A stretch of DNA of 64,000 nucleotides from Eledone cirrhosa. Taxonomy: Eukaryota. Each line of letters starts with the position of its first letter. Position 1 is the stretch's first letter. A program made the translations under genes and the position numbers. The stretch spans positions 33,108,001 to 33,172,000 of the forward strand of contig OZ024757.1 in NCBI GenBank assembly GCA_964016885.1. The letters run 5' to 3'. A model generated the notes under the pieces. That model saw nothing but the letters and a program-made list of their open reading frames with translations, was not told the origin of the DNA and ran no database searches. Of the stretch, positions 26,490-41,714 are shown one piece after another.

Positions 26490-26775
26490 GTATTCTTTTA
26501 CTGGGTTCCGTTATCAGGCAGTGACCATGCTGGAACACCGTATTCTTTTACTTGTTTCAATCATTAAACTGTGGTTATGCTGGAACACCGTTTTCTTTTA
26601 CTTGGGTTTAGTCATCAGGCTGTGGCCATACTGGAGCCCCATATTCTTTTACTGGTTTCGGACATCAGATTGTGGTCATGCTGGAGTACCATATTCTTTT
26701 ACTGGTTTCGGACATCAGACCATTGTCATGCTGGAGCACCGTTTTCTATTAATGGTTTCAGTCATCAGATTAGCT
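26490..26775 (-). repeat. ~50-bp tandem amplification of a SINE 3' tail
   Basis: TATTCTTTTACTGGTTTC..CAT.AG.CTGTGG.CATGCTGGAGCACC x~6. Confidence 0.75.
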
Positions 26776-26959
26776 CTGTTGGGGCATCTAATTGATGGGG
26801 TTTAGTTAATATCTCTATACCAGTACGTATTTTTTAAAAGCCCATTATCTCAATCTGCCGAAACATCAAGTTACAAAACTATATGACTATAAATAGTGAC
26901 ATAGCTAAACACGGAGATAGATGGTGATAGTTATGGTGTACACACACACGTGTGTGTGT

Positions 26960-27350
26960 TTCCCGGGTTCAATCGGTGGTCACCACACACACACCGACTT
27001 ACACTCCACCCCACGTACACACCGGTTTCCCTTTTACCTGAACATGGAACCTCGTTCTTCTCCCAACTCTCACATTCACATACACACACCCAAACACCAC
27101 CTTCACCCCTCCCCTGCCTCAATTTCCCTTCTCTTTTACTTGTATTTTTAAAATTTTCTTTACTCTTTAAAAATTGTTTTCCTCCCTCCCCCCTTTTTAA
27201 ATGTCTTTCCACCACTCCCCCTCGGAAATATTCCTACCCATTGTTCTCCTGATGAAGGGCTTATGCCCAAAACGTCGTCCTCCACCCCTCACTCTCATGC
27301 GTGAAACTAAAGACCATATCATTTGTACTGTCTCTCTGTTCATTTATTCA
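26960..27350 (+). mobile_element. Penelope-like remnant with a mutated hammerhead at ~27246-27280
   Basis: Pyrimidine-rich tract, then CTGATGA-A-GGGC TTAT GCCC-AAAACGTC (GAAA changed to AAAA). Confidence 0.5.
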
Positions 27351-27371
27351 ACTATATATATATATAAATTC

Positions 27372-27967
27372 AAAATATTAACAAAATAGATATTCTTGTG
27401 ATCAAGTATATTTTATTATACATATTTCAGAGGTACTGAGTTAACTTCAACAGTACGTCCTCATCAGATAAAATAAGATGATGCATGACATTTAGATATA
27501 TATTGTATATATGGATAATTGTCTAAAGACTTGAACATAAGTTATTCCTCTTTATCTCTCTCTCTGTAATCAACTCTCCTTTGTTTTTCTAGGCTCCTCC
27601 TAGCTATATTATCCCCTCATCTGTTTCTTCCTCTATGCTTTTCTTTTCTTTCCTCTTTCTTCAGTAATTTAAATTATTTAACAGTTATATTGATGCCAAG
27701 TATTTTTTAAGCTTTCTCACACGCACCCTCTCTATTGTATGTATTATATATTTTTCTCATTCTCAATATTAAGGTATATAAATATTGAGTTTTGTCATAT
27801 CTTACTCACTACCATGACTGAATCTTAACCATCTACTATGTCAGGGTATGTCATGCATCATCATATTTTATCTGATGAGGACGTACTGTTGAAGTTAACT
27901 CAGTACCTCTGAAATATGTATAATAAAATATACTTGATCACAAGAATATCTATTTTGTTAATATTTT
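27372..27967. mobile_element. Inverted pseudo-LTR pair (~120-bp arms), each arm holding a type I hammerhead
   Basis: 27372-27491 is the near-exact reverse complement of 27848-27967. Hammerheads at 27408-27475 (-) and 27863-27931 (+). Confidence 0.8.
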
Positions 27968-28039
27968 TAATTATATTAATAACTCTGGAAAACCATATCT
28001 GTTGAGGGCATACTGTATATATCCTTCGACTTGTACTCA

Positions 28040-28395
28040 TGGGAAGTCGGGTCTTCTGCATTACTGCGTATAATCAAAGATCTCAGTCATGTGTCATCAC
28101 CTTTGAGAGGTGCAATTAGGCAAGGTCGGCTTTTATCACCTCATATAAACACCCTTTTGAAGAAATACATTTCACCGGGGCTCTTACTACAAATTAGCTC
28201 TGTGCATCTCCCACATATAAAATCTACCTTTCCTGTTAGTCTACCTGCAATTCCACACCTCTTGTGTACCCATATTTTATATTGTGTACAACATATAGAA
28301 TTCCTACCTACTCCTCTTCTACATATTGAGCACTTCCACTTCCCATATGGGACCCGATTCCCATCTTTTCTACTTAATTTGGTCTTTACTAAGAA
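28040..28395 (-). mobile_element. Older RTE fragment covering the zinc-finger region
   Basis: GKWKCSICRRGVGRNSICCTQYKIWVHKRCGI...FICGRC. Confidence 0.75.
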
Positions 28396-28627
28396 ACTAT
28401 GTATGTATCTGGTTTAGAACAGGTACACAGTAACCCTAAACCTTACAAGTGTGGGCCCAGCACCTTAACTGTAACTGGTTTAGCACAGGTACATTGTATC
28501 CCTGCATTATGTAAGAGGTAACTAAAATGGTTGGTGACTAAACATATGTAGACCATATCCCTGTATCTTGAAGAGGGGAAGTAAAATGGTTGGTTTGGTG
28601 CCAGGAAAAGAACCCAGCTGTAAAACC

Positions 28628-28842
28628 ATAACCCTTTAGCATTCACATTATTTTATATATACTATTATATTTTCATGGTAAAGGCTTTACCTCACATAAT
28701 ATCGAATCTATGGGATTTTGAAAGTATTTATTTTGAGAACAATACCTTAACATCAGTTTGAGCGACCAGTTACAGCCAGTTTCAACAGAAAGAGGTAGAG
28801 AATTCTGGCCGGTTTTGGCCGGTTTGAACACTAAAGGGTTAA
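28628..28842 (-). mobile_element. piggyBac-type MITE
   Basis: Near-identical to 14699-14926 in reverse orientation. Confidence 0.8.
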
Positions 28843-29566
28843 AATCATGGGCTCAGAACACCCCCTAACTTCTAAAAGATGTACATTCACTATGCTTTAG
28901 CTAGGTTAGCAAGAAAAATGGCCTTGTTATCTTGATTCACACAATGTTTTCAGTGCACTGTGGATGGGCTGTGGTGGGGCATTTGACCAAAAACAACAAC
29001 AAAAAACAAAAACAAAAAAAAAAAACAACAAAAAGCAGTAACAATTTCAATGTATATTTTTGTTTTTTTCTTCAGAGAAAGTAAAGGAGGAGGGGGGATG
29101 GGGGGGGGGGGGTTTAAAACAATAACAACAACAAAACAAAAACCAACAAAAACAGTCAACATGAATTTATGAGGTTGGGACATAGAAGTATGAGGACATT
29201 TTTTAGTCTGGTATATATGTACATATATGTTATATTATATACACATATATGTTATATATATATAATTATATACATATATGTTATATTATATACACATATA
29301 TGTTATATTATATATATACATATATGTTATATTATATATATACATGTTATATATATACATACATGTTATATTATATATATATATGTTATATTATATACAC
29401 ATATATATGTTATATTATATATGTTATATTATATATACATATATGTTATATTATATATACATATATATATGTTATATTATATATATATATATATTGATGA
29501 CTGGCCTAGACAATAATGTATATATGTATGTATAGAAATGTATGTGTTGGTTTGGGTCATATTGTA

Positions 29567-29645
<79 letters not shown>

Positions 29646-30029
29646 AGGCATGTATGTATGTGCTCATATGTATGCATCATCATAATTTTTTTTACATCCA
29701 CTTTTCCATGCTGGCATGGGTTGCATGGGTCTTTACCAGCTCAACACCCCTTGCATGTATACCGGTATGTGTGTATGATTGTAGGCATGTATGTGTTTAA
29801 TGTTTGTGTGCATGTGTGTATGTTTTATTGGGAATCTGTGTTTGCATAAAAGGAAGAAAGAGTGACATACAGATCTCATGCTTTCTGGAGGTTTTTAAGG
29901 AATGGTGTAAGTTCACATTATATATACACATACACGCATGAATATACACACATATATACGTGTGCGTGTATATATGTGTGTGCGTGTGTGTGTGTATATA
30001 TATATTCATATCATTGTCATTACTTCTGT

Positions 30030-30470
30030 TTTAGCTCTCACAAACTCCAGTGTATCCAGGTGTAGATATTTTTGTTATAGCAGTGTAATAGTCCTTTATG
30101 AAATATGCATTCTCTTTCCCCAGTATTGTCTATCCAGTATTCAGTTTAACCAGTACACTGTTAATCCAGTATTCCGTTAATCCTGTATTCTGTTGGAACC
30201 AGGTGATAACTGACTGTGTGTTGTTCCAGAGAGATAGTAGGGAGGCTTGCTTGAGAGTTGGTAATATCCTATCTCAGCTGTATTTAATAAGTCTTTTTTT
30301 TTATCAGAATTTTATAGTCATAAGACGAATAGAAGGGTTATTTTTGAAGTTTTTCTTGTGGTCTTTTAAGGTGAAGTGAGGTTGTTTAGGTTTTTTCAGG
30401 GATTTGTGAGGCCGTTTGGTTATCTTAGTTAAGTTTAGTTAGAATATTTTGACCTTGGATGATTATGTCG
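30030..30470 (-). mobile_element. Penelope-like reverse transcriptase remnant
   Basis: FTLKDHKKNFKNNPSIRL...LWNNTQSVITWF resembles the TLKDHK..F...P..RL motif of Penelope-like RTs. Frameshifted. Confidence 0.65.
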
Positions 30471-30607
30471 TTTATATATACATATATGTGTATCATCATC
30501 ATCATCTTCGTTTAACGTCCATCTTCCATGCTAGCATGGTATGTATGTGTATAAGTATGTAGATATATATATATATGTGTGCGTGTGTGTGTGTATATAT
30601 CTACATA

Positions 30608-30652
<45 letters not shown>

Positions 30653-30889
30653 AATATATATACATATACGTTTTATATATGTATATATATATTATATATA
30701 TATATACACACATATATATATATATACTGATTTTTTCCATGCTGGCATGGGTTGGACAGGACTTTTTGAGGTAATATTGTAGAGACAGATGTCCTTCGCA
30801 AGAGCCACTTCTTAAGACACACAAGATAAGCAGTGTACCTATTCTAAACTGGATACATACATAAATATAAATATCTAAATATATATATA

Positions 30890-31685
30890 TGTGTGTGTGT
30901 GAGAGGGTGTGTGTGTATCTGTGTGTGTGTGTGAGAGAGGGTGTGTGTGTATCTGTGTGTGAGAGAGACAGAGGGTGTGTGTGTATCTGTGTGTGTGTAT
31001 CTGTGTGTGAGAGAGAGAGAGGGTGTGTATCTGTGTGTGAGAGAGAGAGTGTGTGTGTATCTGTGTGTGTGAGAGAGAGGGTGTGTGTGTATCTGTGTGT
31101 GAGAGAGAGAGGGTGTGTGTGTGTATCTGTGTGTGTGAGAGAGAGAAGGTGTGTGTGTATCTGTGTGTGAGAGAGAGAGGGTGTGTGTGTATCTGTGTGT
31201 GAGAGAGAGAGGATGTGTGTGTGTGTGTGAGAGAGAGATGGTGTGTGTGTATCTGTGTGTGAGAGAGAGGGTGTGTGTGTATCTGTGTGTGTGAGAGAGA
31301 GAGGGTGTGTGTGTGTATCTGTGTGTGAGAGAGAGAGAGGGTGTGTGTGTATCTGTGTGTGTGAGAGAGAGAGGGTGTGTGTGTATCTGTGTGTGTGAGA
31401 GAGAGAGGGTGTGTGTGTATCTGTGTGTGAGAGAGAGAGGGTGTGTGTGTGAGAGAGAGAGGGTGTGTGTGTATCTGTGTGTGAGAGAGAGAGGATGTGT
31501 GTGAGTGAGAGAGAGAGAGGGTGTGTGTATCTGTGTGTGAGAGAGAGGGTGTGTGTATCTGTGTGTGAGAAAGAGAGGGTGTGTGTGAGAGAGGGGGGGT
31601 ATCTGTGTGAGACAGAGAGAGAGGGGGGTGTATCTGTGTGGGTGAGTGTGTACGTATGAGAGAGAGAGTGTGTGTGTGTGTGTGT
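30890..31685. repeat. Compound (GT)n-ATCT-(GT)n-(GA)n minisatellite
   Basis: Direct inspection. Confidence 0.95.
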
Positions 31686-32326
31686 ATGCACGAATGAGAC
31701 CTTAATTTTTAAGCTGTAGAGTATTAAATGTTTTGCAGACAGTGAAGAAATTTCAGCAGTAGGAGATAGCAGGGTGGTGGTGGTGGTTGTGTGTTTCCCA
31801 GCAGTCCTTGGAAGCTGGTCAGTTGGTCACAGTTGTTAAGACCATTTACTGAGCCAACCAGCCAGCTAGTTGGTCAGTCACTGAGCAGCTAGTCTGTCAA
31901 GGAATCAGTGATTCAAACAACCAGTCAGGTGAGAATTAGCAGCTATGTCAAACAACGGGACACCCTTGATCAAAGAACAAATATAAACACATATACACAT
32001 GCACTCACCATATATATATATATATATACAGAAATAGTTAATACATATATATATATACATATATATATGTGTTAACTATTTCTGTACAAAAGGTAAAGGA
32101 AAAAAAGACTGCTCTATGTATTGTACAGAGGTATTTAATTACATAATAAACAACATAATTCAATTATTTCATTACCAAAGTTTTCAAGAAACTATATGAA
32201 CTAGATGTTCCTTGTAAGAATCATCTAGTTTCTTGAAACGGTAATGAAATTATTATATTGTGTTGTTTATTATGTAAATATATATGTATGTATGTATGTA
32301 TGTAAATATATATGTATGTATGTATG

Positions 32327-32377
<51 letters not shown>

Positions 32378-32402
32378 CTATATATATATATATCTGTATA
32401 TA

Positions 32403-32447
<45 letters not shown>

Positions 32448-32460
32448 GTATATATATATA

Positions 32461-32517
<57 letters not shown>

Positions 32518-32618
32518 GTATATATATATATATATATATATATCTGTATATATATATATATCTGTATATATATATATATCTGTATATATATATATATAGA
32601 TATATATATCTGTATATA

Positions 32619-32684
<66 letters not shown>

Positions 32685-32859
32685 AACGTATTTATATATA
32701 TATATGTATGTGTATATATATATGTATAGATATAGCCACATAATCATGGCCAAACGTTTAAGACCTCCTAGCAGAAAGTTTAAATTCATCAATTATTGTA
32801 AACTATTGCCTCATCCACTTTATTTACAAAATACATGCAACAGCTTCAATCTATTGCAT

Positions 32860-33712
32860 CATCATCATTTAAATATTTGTGGCACAGTTTTTGCTGGTTT
32901 AAAGGCTGTGTGGTGGTTTTAAAGCATTGTTCCTATCAAGTGTGTGTACTTGAAAGATGGGCAAAAAAAGAAATCACCACATTCTGACGTTCAAAGAGCC
33001 CAGATCTTAGCTCTATACGGCACAAGTTATTCTGAATGTGAAACTTCTGTCAAAAGGGTTGTAGTAAGACTATAATGCTATTGAATGCATGCCTGCATGG
33101 TCCCATAACTCCTGAGGGAGTTGTAGGGCCACTGAATTGGTATACAGCATTTCTAGAGTATTTTTAAATCTGGCAAAGTCCATCTGCTCTCTAGGTCTGA
33201 TTACAGCAGATTTCTTCAAGAGAAGGAGAGAGAGAGAGAATGGAAGTGAGAAGGAGGGCGAGAGAATGGAAGTGAGAAGGAGTACTTGACTAGTACTTTT
33301 TTTTATAAACCTCGAATGGATTGATAGCAAAGTTAACCTTAGAGGGGTTTGAAATCAGAGAGCAAAGAGCCAAAACGAATACTGCAAAGCATTCTTTCTG
33401 ACATTCTAACAATTCTAACAATTCACCACCTCCATAATGCTTTTAAATACAAATATGTGGCCTATTTTCTAACAAGAAGAGAATTCAAGAGATGATCGTG
33501 TCATAAAAATAAGTTCAAGTAAAAACACAAGAGTTGCATGATTTCAAATAGGTACAGACATGAGTTTTAAGTCTGTATCATGCAATTTGGTTCATGGATT
33601 TGGCTAAAATCTTGCAAACCTGCCTGCAAGCCCAGACTGACACTGGATATGAAAAAGAAAAGCCCGACGTCCTCCAAAACACCATGAACATTGGACAGAA
33701 GAGCAATGGGGC
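32860..33712 (+). mobile_element. Decayed Tc1-like transposase N-terminal fragment interrupted by a SINE (33070-33430, -)
   Basis: MGKK...VQRAQILALY...YSECE and ...HEHWTEEQW. Confidence 0.5.
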
Positions 33713-33714
33713 CA

Positions 33715-33788
33715 TATATATATATAATAGGGCCAAATTATATTTCACAATGAATCAACATATATATATACACACATTTATACATCAC

Positions 33789-33850
<62 letters not shown>

Positions 33851-34984
33851 CTACATGAATATATATACATATCTACATATATATATATAAATACATGTAT
33901 ATATATTTATATATATACATATATATATATCTACAAATACATGTATATATATATATTTATATATATACATATATATATATCTACATATTTATATAGTTAT
34001 ATCTATATATATATATATATCTACATATCTATATATATATATATATAAATATATATATATATAAACACATATATATATATATACATAGATATATACATAT
34101 CTACATGATATACATATATATACATATATATATACTTATATATATAATATACATATATATATATACATATAAGTATATTATATATATATGTATATGTATA
34201 TTATATATATGATATACATATATATACAAGAAACATATATACATATAATATACATATATATAAATACATACATATATATATACATATACATACATATATA
34301 TATATACACATATACATATACACATATATATATACATATATACATATACACATATACATATACACATATATATATACATATATACATATACACATATATA
34401 TATACATATATACATATATATATACATATATACATATACATATATATATACATATACACATATATATATATATACATATATATATATACACATATATATA
34501 TATACATATATATACATATATATATATATACACATATATACATACACATATATATCTCTACATACACATATATATATACCCATATATATATATCCATATA
34601 TATTATACATACACATATATATATACACATATATATACATTTATATATACATATACAGACATATATATATATACATATATATACACATATACATATATAT
34701 ACACATATATATATATATATACACATATACATATATATATACATATATATACACATATACATATATATATACATATATATATATACATATATATACACAT
34801 ATACATATATATATACATATATACACATATATATATACATATATATATACATATACATATATATATACATATATATATACATATATATATACATATACAT
34901 ATACATATATATACATATACATATACATATATATACATATATACATATACATATATACATATACATATACATATATATATATAC

Positions 34985-35050
<66 letters not shown>

Positions 35051-35355
35051 ATGTATATATATGTATATGTATATATATGTATATGTATATGTATATATAT
35101 GTATATGTATATGTATATATATATGTATATATATATGTATATATATATATATATGTATATGTATATATATATGTATATATATATGTGTATATATGTATAT
35201 GTATATATATATGTATATGTATGTATATATATGTATATATGTATATATATACATATATGTATATATACATATATATGTATATATACATATATATGTATAT
35301 ATACATATATATGTATATATACATATATATGTATATATACATATATATGTATATG

Positions 35356-35402
<47 letters not shown>

Positions 35403-35604
35403 GTATATATACATATATATGTATATATACATATATATGTATATATACATATATATGTATATATACATATATGTATATATATACATATATATATATATAC
35501 ATATATATGTATATATACATATATGTATATATATACATAAATATATATATACATATATATATACATAAATATATATATACATATATATATACATATATAT
35601 ATAC

Positions 35605-35657
<53 letters not shown>

Positions 35658-36141
35658 CATATACATACATATACATATATATATATATATACATCATCAT
35701 CATTCATCTTCGTTTAACGTCCGTTTTCCACGCTAGCATGGGTTAGACGGTATATATATATATATATATATAGATATATATATACACATATATATATATA
35801 TATACACATATATATATAGACATATATATATAGACATATATATATATAAACATATATATATATATACATACATATACATATATATATACATATAGACATA
35901 CATATATATATATATATACATATACATACATACATATATACATATGCATATATATATACATATATATATACATATACATATATATATATAGACATACATA
36001 TATATACATATATATACACATATATATATATATATATACATATATATACACATATATATATATACATATATATATATACATACATATACATATATATATA
36101 TACATACATATACATATATATATATACATACATATATATAC

Positions 36142-36176
<35 letters not shown>

Positions 36177-36528
36177 CATATATATACACATATATATATA
36201 TATATATATATACATATATATACACATATATATATATATACATATATACATATACATATATATATATACATATATACATATACATATATATATATATATA
36301 CATACATATACATATATAACATACATATATATATACATATATATGCATATATACATATACATATATAACATATATATATATACATATATATGCATATATA
36401 ACATATATATATATACATATATATGCATATATACATATATATGCATATATACATATACATATATATACATATACATATATATATATATACATATACATAT
36501 ATATATATACACATATATATATATACAC

Positions 36529-36591
<63 letters not shown>

Positions 36592-36798
36592 TATATACAT
36601 ATATACACATATATATACATATATATGCTTATATATACATATATATATATGCATATATATACATATATATACATACATATATATATACATACATATATAT
36701 ACATATATATATACATACATATACATACATATATATATACATACATATACATACATATATATATACATACATATACATACATATATATATATACATAC

Positions 36799-36835
<37 letters not shown>

Positions 36836-36854
36836 TATATACATACATATATAC

Positions 36855-36885
<31 letters not shown>

Positions 36886-37077
36886 CATACATATATACAT
36901 ATATATATATATACATATATATATACATACATATATACATATATATATACATACATATACATATATATATATACATATATATATACATATATATATACAT
37001 ACATATACATATATATATATATATACATATATATATACATATATATATACATACATATATATACATATATATATACA

Positions 37078-37115
<38 letters not shown>

Positions 37116-38458
37116 CATATATATATACATACATATATATATATATATATATACATATATATACATATACATATATATATATACACATATATATATATAT
37201 ACACATATATATATATACACATATATATACATATATAAACATATATATATATACATACATATACACATATATACATATATATATATATATACATACATAT
37301 ACACATATATATATATATACATACATATATACATACATATACACATATATATATATATACATACATATACATACATATATATATATATATACACATATAT
37401 ACATATACACACATATATACATATACATATATACACATATATACATATACATATATATACATATATACACATACATATATATATACATATATACACATAT
37501 ATATATACATATATATATACATAGATACTTATATATATACATTTATATATACAAAAACATATATACATATATATTAACATATACATATACATATATATAT
37601 ATACATATAAACATATACATATATTAACATATACATATATATATACATATAAACATATACATATATATACATATATATACATATATATATATACATATAT
37701 ATACATATATATATACATATATATATATATTAACATATACATATATATACATATATATATATATTTATATACATATATATATATATTTATATACATATAT
37801 ATATACATATATATACATACATATATATATTTATATATATACATATATATATTTATATACATATATATATACATATACATATATATATACATATATATAT
37901 TTATATACATATATATATTTATATACATATATATATACACATATATATATTTATATACATATATACATATATATATATACATATATATATTTATATACAT
38001 ATATATATATACATATATATATATATACATATATATATTTATATATATATATTTATATATATATATACATATATGTACATATATATATATTTATATACAT
38101 GTATATATATATATTCATGTACATATATATATTCATGTACATATATATATACATGTACATATATACATATACACATATATATACATATATATACATCCAC
38201 ATGTATATACATCACATATATATACATATATATATATATATAGACATCACATATATACATACACATATACACATATATACACATATACATACATACACAT
38301 ATATATATACATATATATACATACATATACATACAAATTTATACATATATATATATATATACACACACACATACATATATATATATATACATAACATATA
38401 TACATATATATATACATAACATATATACATATATATATACACACAAACATATATATGA

Positions 38459-38511
<53 letters not shown>

Positions 38512-38520
38512 TGTACACAT
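33715..38520. repeat. ~4.8-kb degenerate (TA)n/(TACA)n microsatellite field
   Basis: Direct inspection. An RTE/SINE tail remnant sits at ~35693-35750. Confidence 0.97.
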
Positions 38521-39012
38521 ACAATGATAGACAGACAAATCAAAGATCAAGGTAGGAGATGAAAAAGGACCCAAAACTGTGATGGTTTGTTTGGCAGTGA
38601 AAGTGAAGGGTTTCATATGAACCTGGATGGTTGGTTCAGGTCAACTGATACAGCTGGCACAAATGGCTTTGACCTGTTACAAACAGAGCAGCCAAAGTTC
38701 AGAAAGGTCACTGAAGTGTAACCAAAGGGTGCACTAGTGTAACCAAACATCAAATATGTCACTCTAGTGGTTATACAGGTCAAAATGTTCACACCACTGT
38801 AACCCACCGTCAAAAATGTCACACTAGTGTTGGTCACAAAAGTCAAAAGGTTCACACCAGTGTAACGAAAGGTCACAAAGGTCACACTAGAGTCACCCAA
38901 GGATCACAAAGGTTACACTAGTGGACACAAAAGCCACACTAGTGAACACAAAGGTCACAAAAATCGCACCAGAGGTCACAGGTCACACTGGTGTACCCAA
39001 AGGTCGCAGAGG

Positions 39013-39030
39013 TCACACAAGTTCCAAAAC
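39013..39030 (-). CDS. COP1: E3 ubiquitin ligase COP1 terminal exon (VLELV-stop)
   Basis: cctgttgcag|GTTTTGGAACTTGTGTGA matches the recalled vertebrate COP1 C-terminus. Confidence 0.93.
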   Translation of the reverse strand, partial: VLELV

Positions 39031-39426
39031 CTGCAACAGGAAAAAAAAAATTTTAAATAAGACATTAGGCATAACACACGCACACACGTTATAACAGATA
39101 CCCACACATATGCAGTAACACACACGCACAAACATGCTTCACGCAAACAGTTCGCTCACAAAATACACACAGACATACATACCTAATATATTGATACACA
39201 CATACACACAATACATATACAATACACATTCATATACACACACCATACACAGTATACATACATACACAATATATAGTACACACACAATATGTAGTACACA
39301 CACACCAAACACAGTACACACACACACCATATACAATATACATACACACACATACACTCCCAATGCACAGTACACACACACACACACACACCATGCACTG
39401 TATATATACACATACACATTCCATAC

Positions 39427-39471
39427 CTTTATGGTACCCTGGCTGTTAGCAGCAACAAGGACATTGGAGCC
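39427..39471 (-). CDS. COP1: COP1 exon (GSNVLVAANSQGTIK)
   Basis: ttccag|45 bp|gtatgg, compare human SNVLIAANSQGTIK. Confidence 0.95.
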
Positions 39472-39682
39472 CTGGAAGAGAAGAAAGACAAAACATCAGT
39501 ATTGATAGACAGTGGGGTAGGGCGTAATGTGGTGGAGGTAGGGAACACAGAGGGGTTGGGTGTAGTGGAGGTGGGAAACACACGGTCAAGGTGTAATGGA
39601 GGTGGAAGACTGGGTGAGGTGTGTAGTGGTGGTGGGGAACACTAGGAAGGTTATGTGTAGTGTAGTGGACAAGTGTACTTAC

Positions 39683-39742
39683 TGGTCTCCAGGTTACAGC
39701 ACTGACAAATTCATTGGCATCGTCTTCCTTTTTATCTTTCTC
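39683..39742 (-). CDS. COP1: COP1 exon (EKDKKEDDANEFVSAVTWRP)
   Basis: tttcag|60 bp|gtaagt, compare human DKDRKEDDTNEFVSAVCWR. Confidence 0.95.
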
Positions 39743-39844
39743 CTGAAATAAACAATCAGTGTTTAAGTTTAACCATTTTGTCACCCTATTTCTAATGAAA
39801 TACACCCTAATTCAATTAATTAACGAAGAATTGTGAGGCACCAT

Positions 39845-40490
39845 CATCGTGCCACCAAAATGTGGTCATAGCTCCATCATGCCACCAAATTCTTTTCATA
39901 GCTCCATCGTGCCACCAAATTCTTATCAAAGTTTTATCATGCCACCAGAATCAACTCACAGCTCCACTGTGTCACCAGAATCAACTCAGAGCTCCACTGT
40001 GTCACCAGAATCAAGTCACAGCTCCATTGTGTCACCAGAATCAAGTCACAGCTCCACTGTGTCACCAGAATCAACTCACAGCTCCACTGTGTCACCAGAA
40101 TCAACTCACAGCTCCACTGTGTCACCAGAATCAACTCACAGCTCCACTGTGTCACCAGAATCAACTCACAGCTCCACTGTGTCACCAGAATCAACTCACA
40201 GCTCCATTGTGTCACCAGAATCAACTCACAGCTCCACTGTGTCACCAGAATCAAGTCACAGCTCCACTGTGTCACCAGAATCAACTCACAGCACCACTGT
40301 GTCACCATAATCAACTCACAGCACCACTGTGTCACCAGAATCAACTCACAGCACCACTGTGTCACCAGAATCAAGTCACAGCTCCACTGTGTCACCAGAA
40401 TCAAGTCACAGCTCCACTGTGTCACCAGAATCAAGTCACAGCTCCACTGTGTCACCAGAATCAACTCACAGCTCCACTGTGCCACCAGAA
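39845..40490. repeat. 30-bp tandem repeat in a COP1 intron
   Basis: GCTCCACTGTGTCACCAGAATCAACTCACA x~21. Confidence 0.96.
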
Positions 40491-40575
40491 TAACATAGAA
40501 ATGTAAAGACATACAAACAAAGGAATAAGAAAGAGAATGATGATGATGATGAAAGATATGTAAAAACCAACTGAC

Positions 40576-40664
40576 CAGTACACTTCGGACAGTATCAAAT
40601 TTATAGGTCATCAGCTGTTTGGAGAGTCCCTTGTAATATATATAAAGAGCATTGTTTTCACTGC
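40576..40664 (-). CDS. COP1: COP1 WD40 exon ([30 protein letters not shown])
   Basis: tttcag|89 bp|gtcagt, phase 1-0, compare human [30 protein letters not shown]. Confidence 0.95.
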
Positions 40665-40748
40665 CTGAAATAGAAGTTTAACAGTTCAAGGGTAGGGCCT
40701 ATACTTTTACACAAAATACAACAGAACATATCATTATACCAATGTCAA

Positions 40749-40948
40749 NNNNNNNNNNNNNNNNNNNNNNNNNNNNNNNNNNNNNNNNNNNNNNNNNNNN
40801 NNNNNNNNNNNNNNNNNNNNNNNNNNNNNNNNNNNNNNNNNNNNNNNNNNNNNNNNNNNNNNNNNNNNNNNNNNNNNNNNNNNNNNNNNNNNNNNNNNNN
40901 NNNNNNNNNNNNNNNNNNNNNNNNNNNNNNNNNNNNNNNNNNNNNNNN
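40749..40948. other. Assembly gap (200 N)
   Basis: Run of exactly 200 N. Confidence 1.
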
Positions 40949-41609
40949 AAAATGTGTACACACTTTGATTACCTGTACATGCAATATTTATTGGAATGCT
41001 GTCGAAGTCTGTATACATTTTGGGGTGGGGGACACCCTGTATATGTTAAATATATATTTAATTGTCTTGCATTGAATTGTTTGCAGCTTTATTCTAATCA
41101 CATGATGCCTAAAAAACAAAATCATGGTTTCCTTTACACCTCCTCTATTCTGTTCGCCGGGGTCGTGCAGCGGCCAGCGCATGGGACCCCATTTGCTCAT
41201 AATAGTGACAAATGGGGAAGGCGAGAGAGATGGGGGTGATGACAGTAGGAGTTCGGCTCCTCTGTATTTGGATCTGGTGTACGTGTGTGTGTATGTTTGC
41301 TTCTTTGAGTTGACTGTAAGGTTTAATAAACACTGCCTTGCTTATGTGTTGTATTTAAAGACTCTTTGATATCTATATGTTATTGACCATCGTTTCATAT
41401 TTTCTTTTTCTATGCGGCATTCATTCTCCAAATTTTATATCGATTTCCAGAGGATATTTTGATGGGCTGTGATTGCAACTGTTTTACTGCTTTGATAGAT
41501 TAATTGGTTAATCTGAAAATTCCGATCTAATTAATTGATATATAAACCAGGTAGTTACTCCTACATTAAAGTTGAAACGAACGTAGAAATTAATAAAATG
41601 GTTTGAAGA

Positions 41610-41714
<105 letters not shown>

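Noticed and set aside
33715-38616. Long Y/I/M/C/V-rich ORFs (up to 765 aa), also at 432-1396, 18840-20131, 29169-32922 and 57438-57887
   Set aside because: Translations of TA/CA microsatellites that lack stops by composition.
39845-40490. 30-bp array (and the 47/48/55/58-bp arrays) as CRISPR or as repeat-protein ORFs
   Set aside because: Head-to-tail units with no unique spacers, no cas genes, and eukaryotic intronic context.
41120-41400. GC-rich element shared with 13830-13980 as a structured RNA or solo LTR
   Set aside because: Homology between the two copies is visible, but no consistent fold or termini could be assigned.
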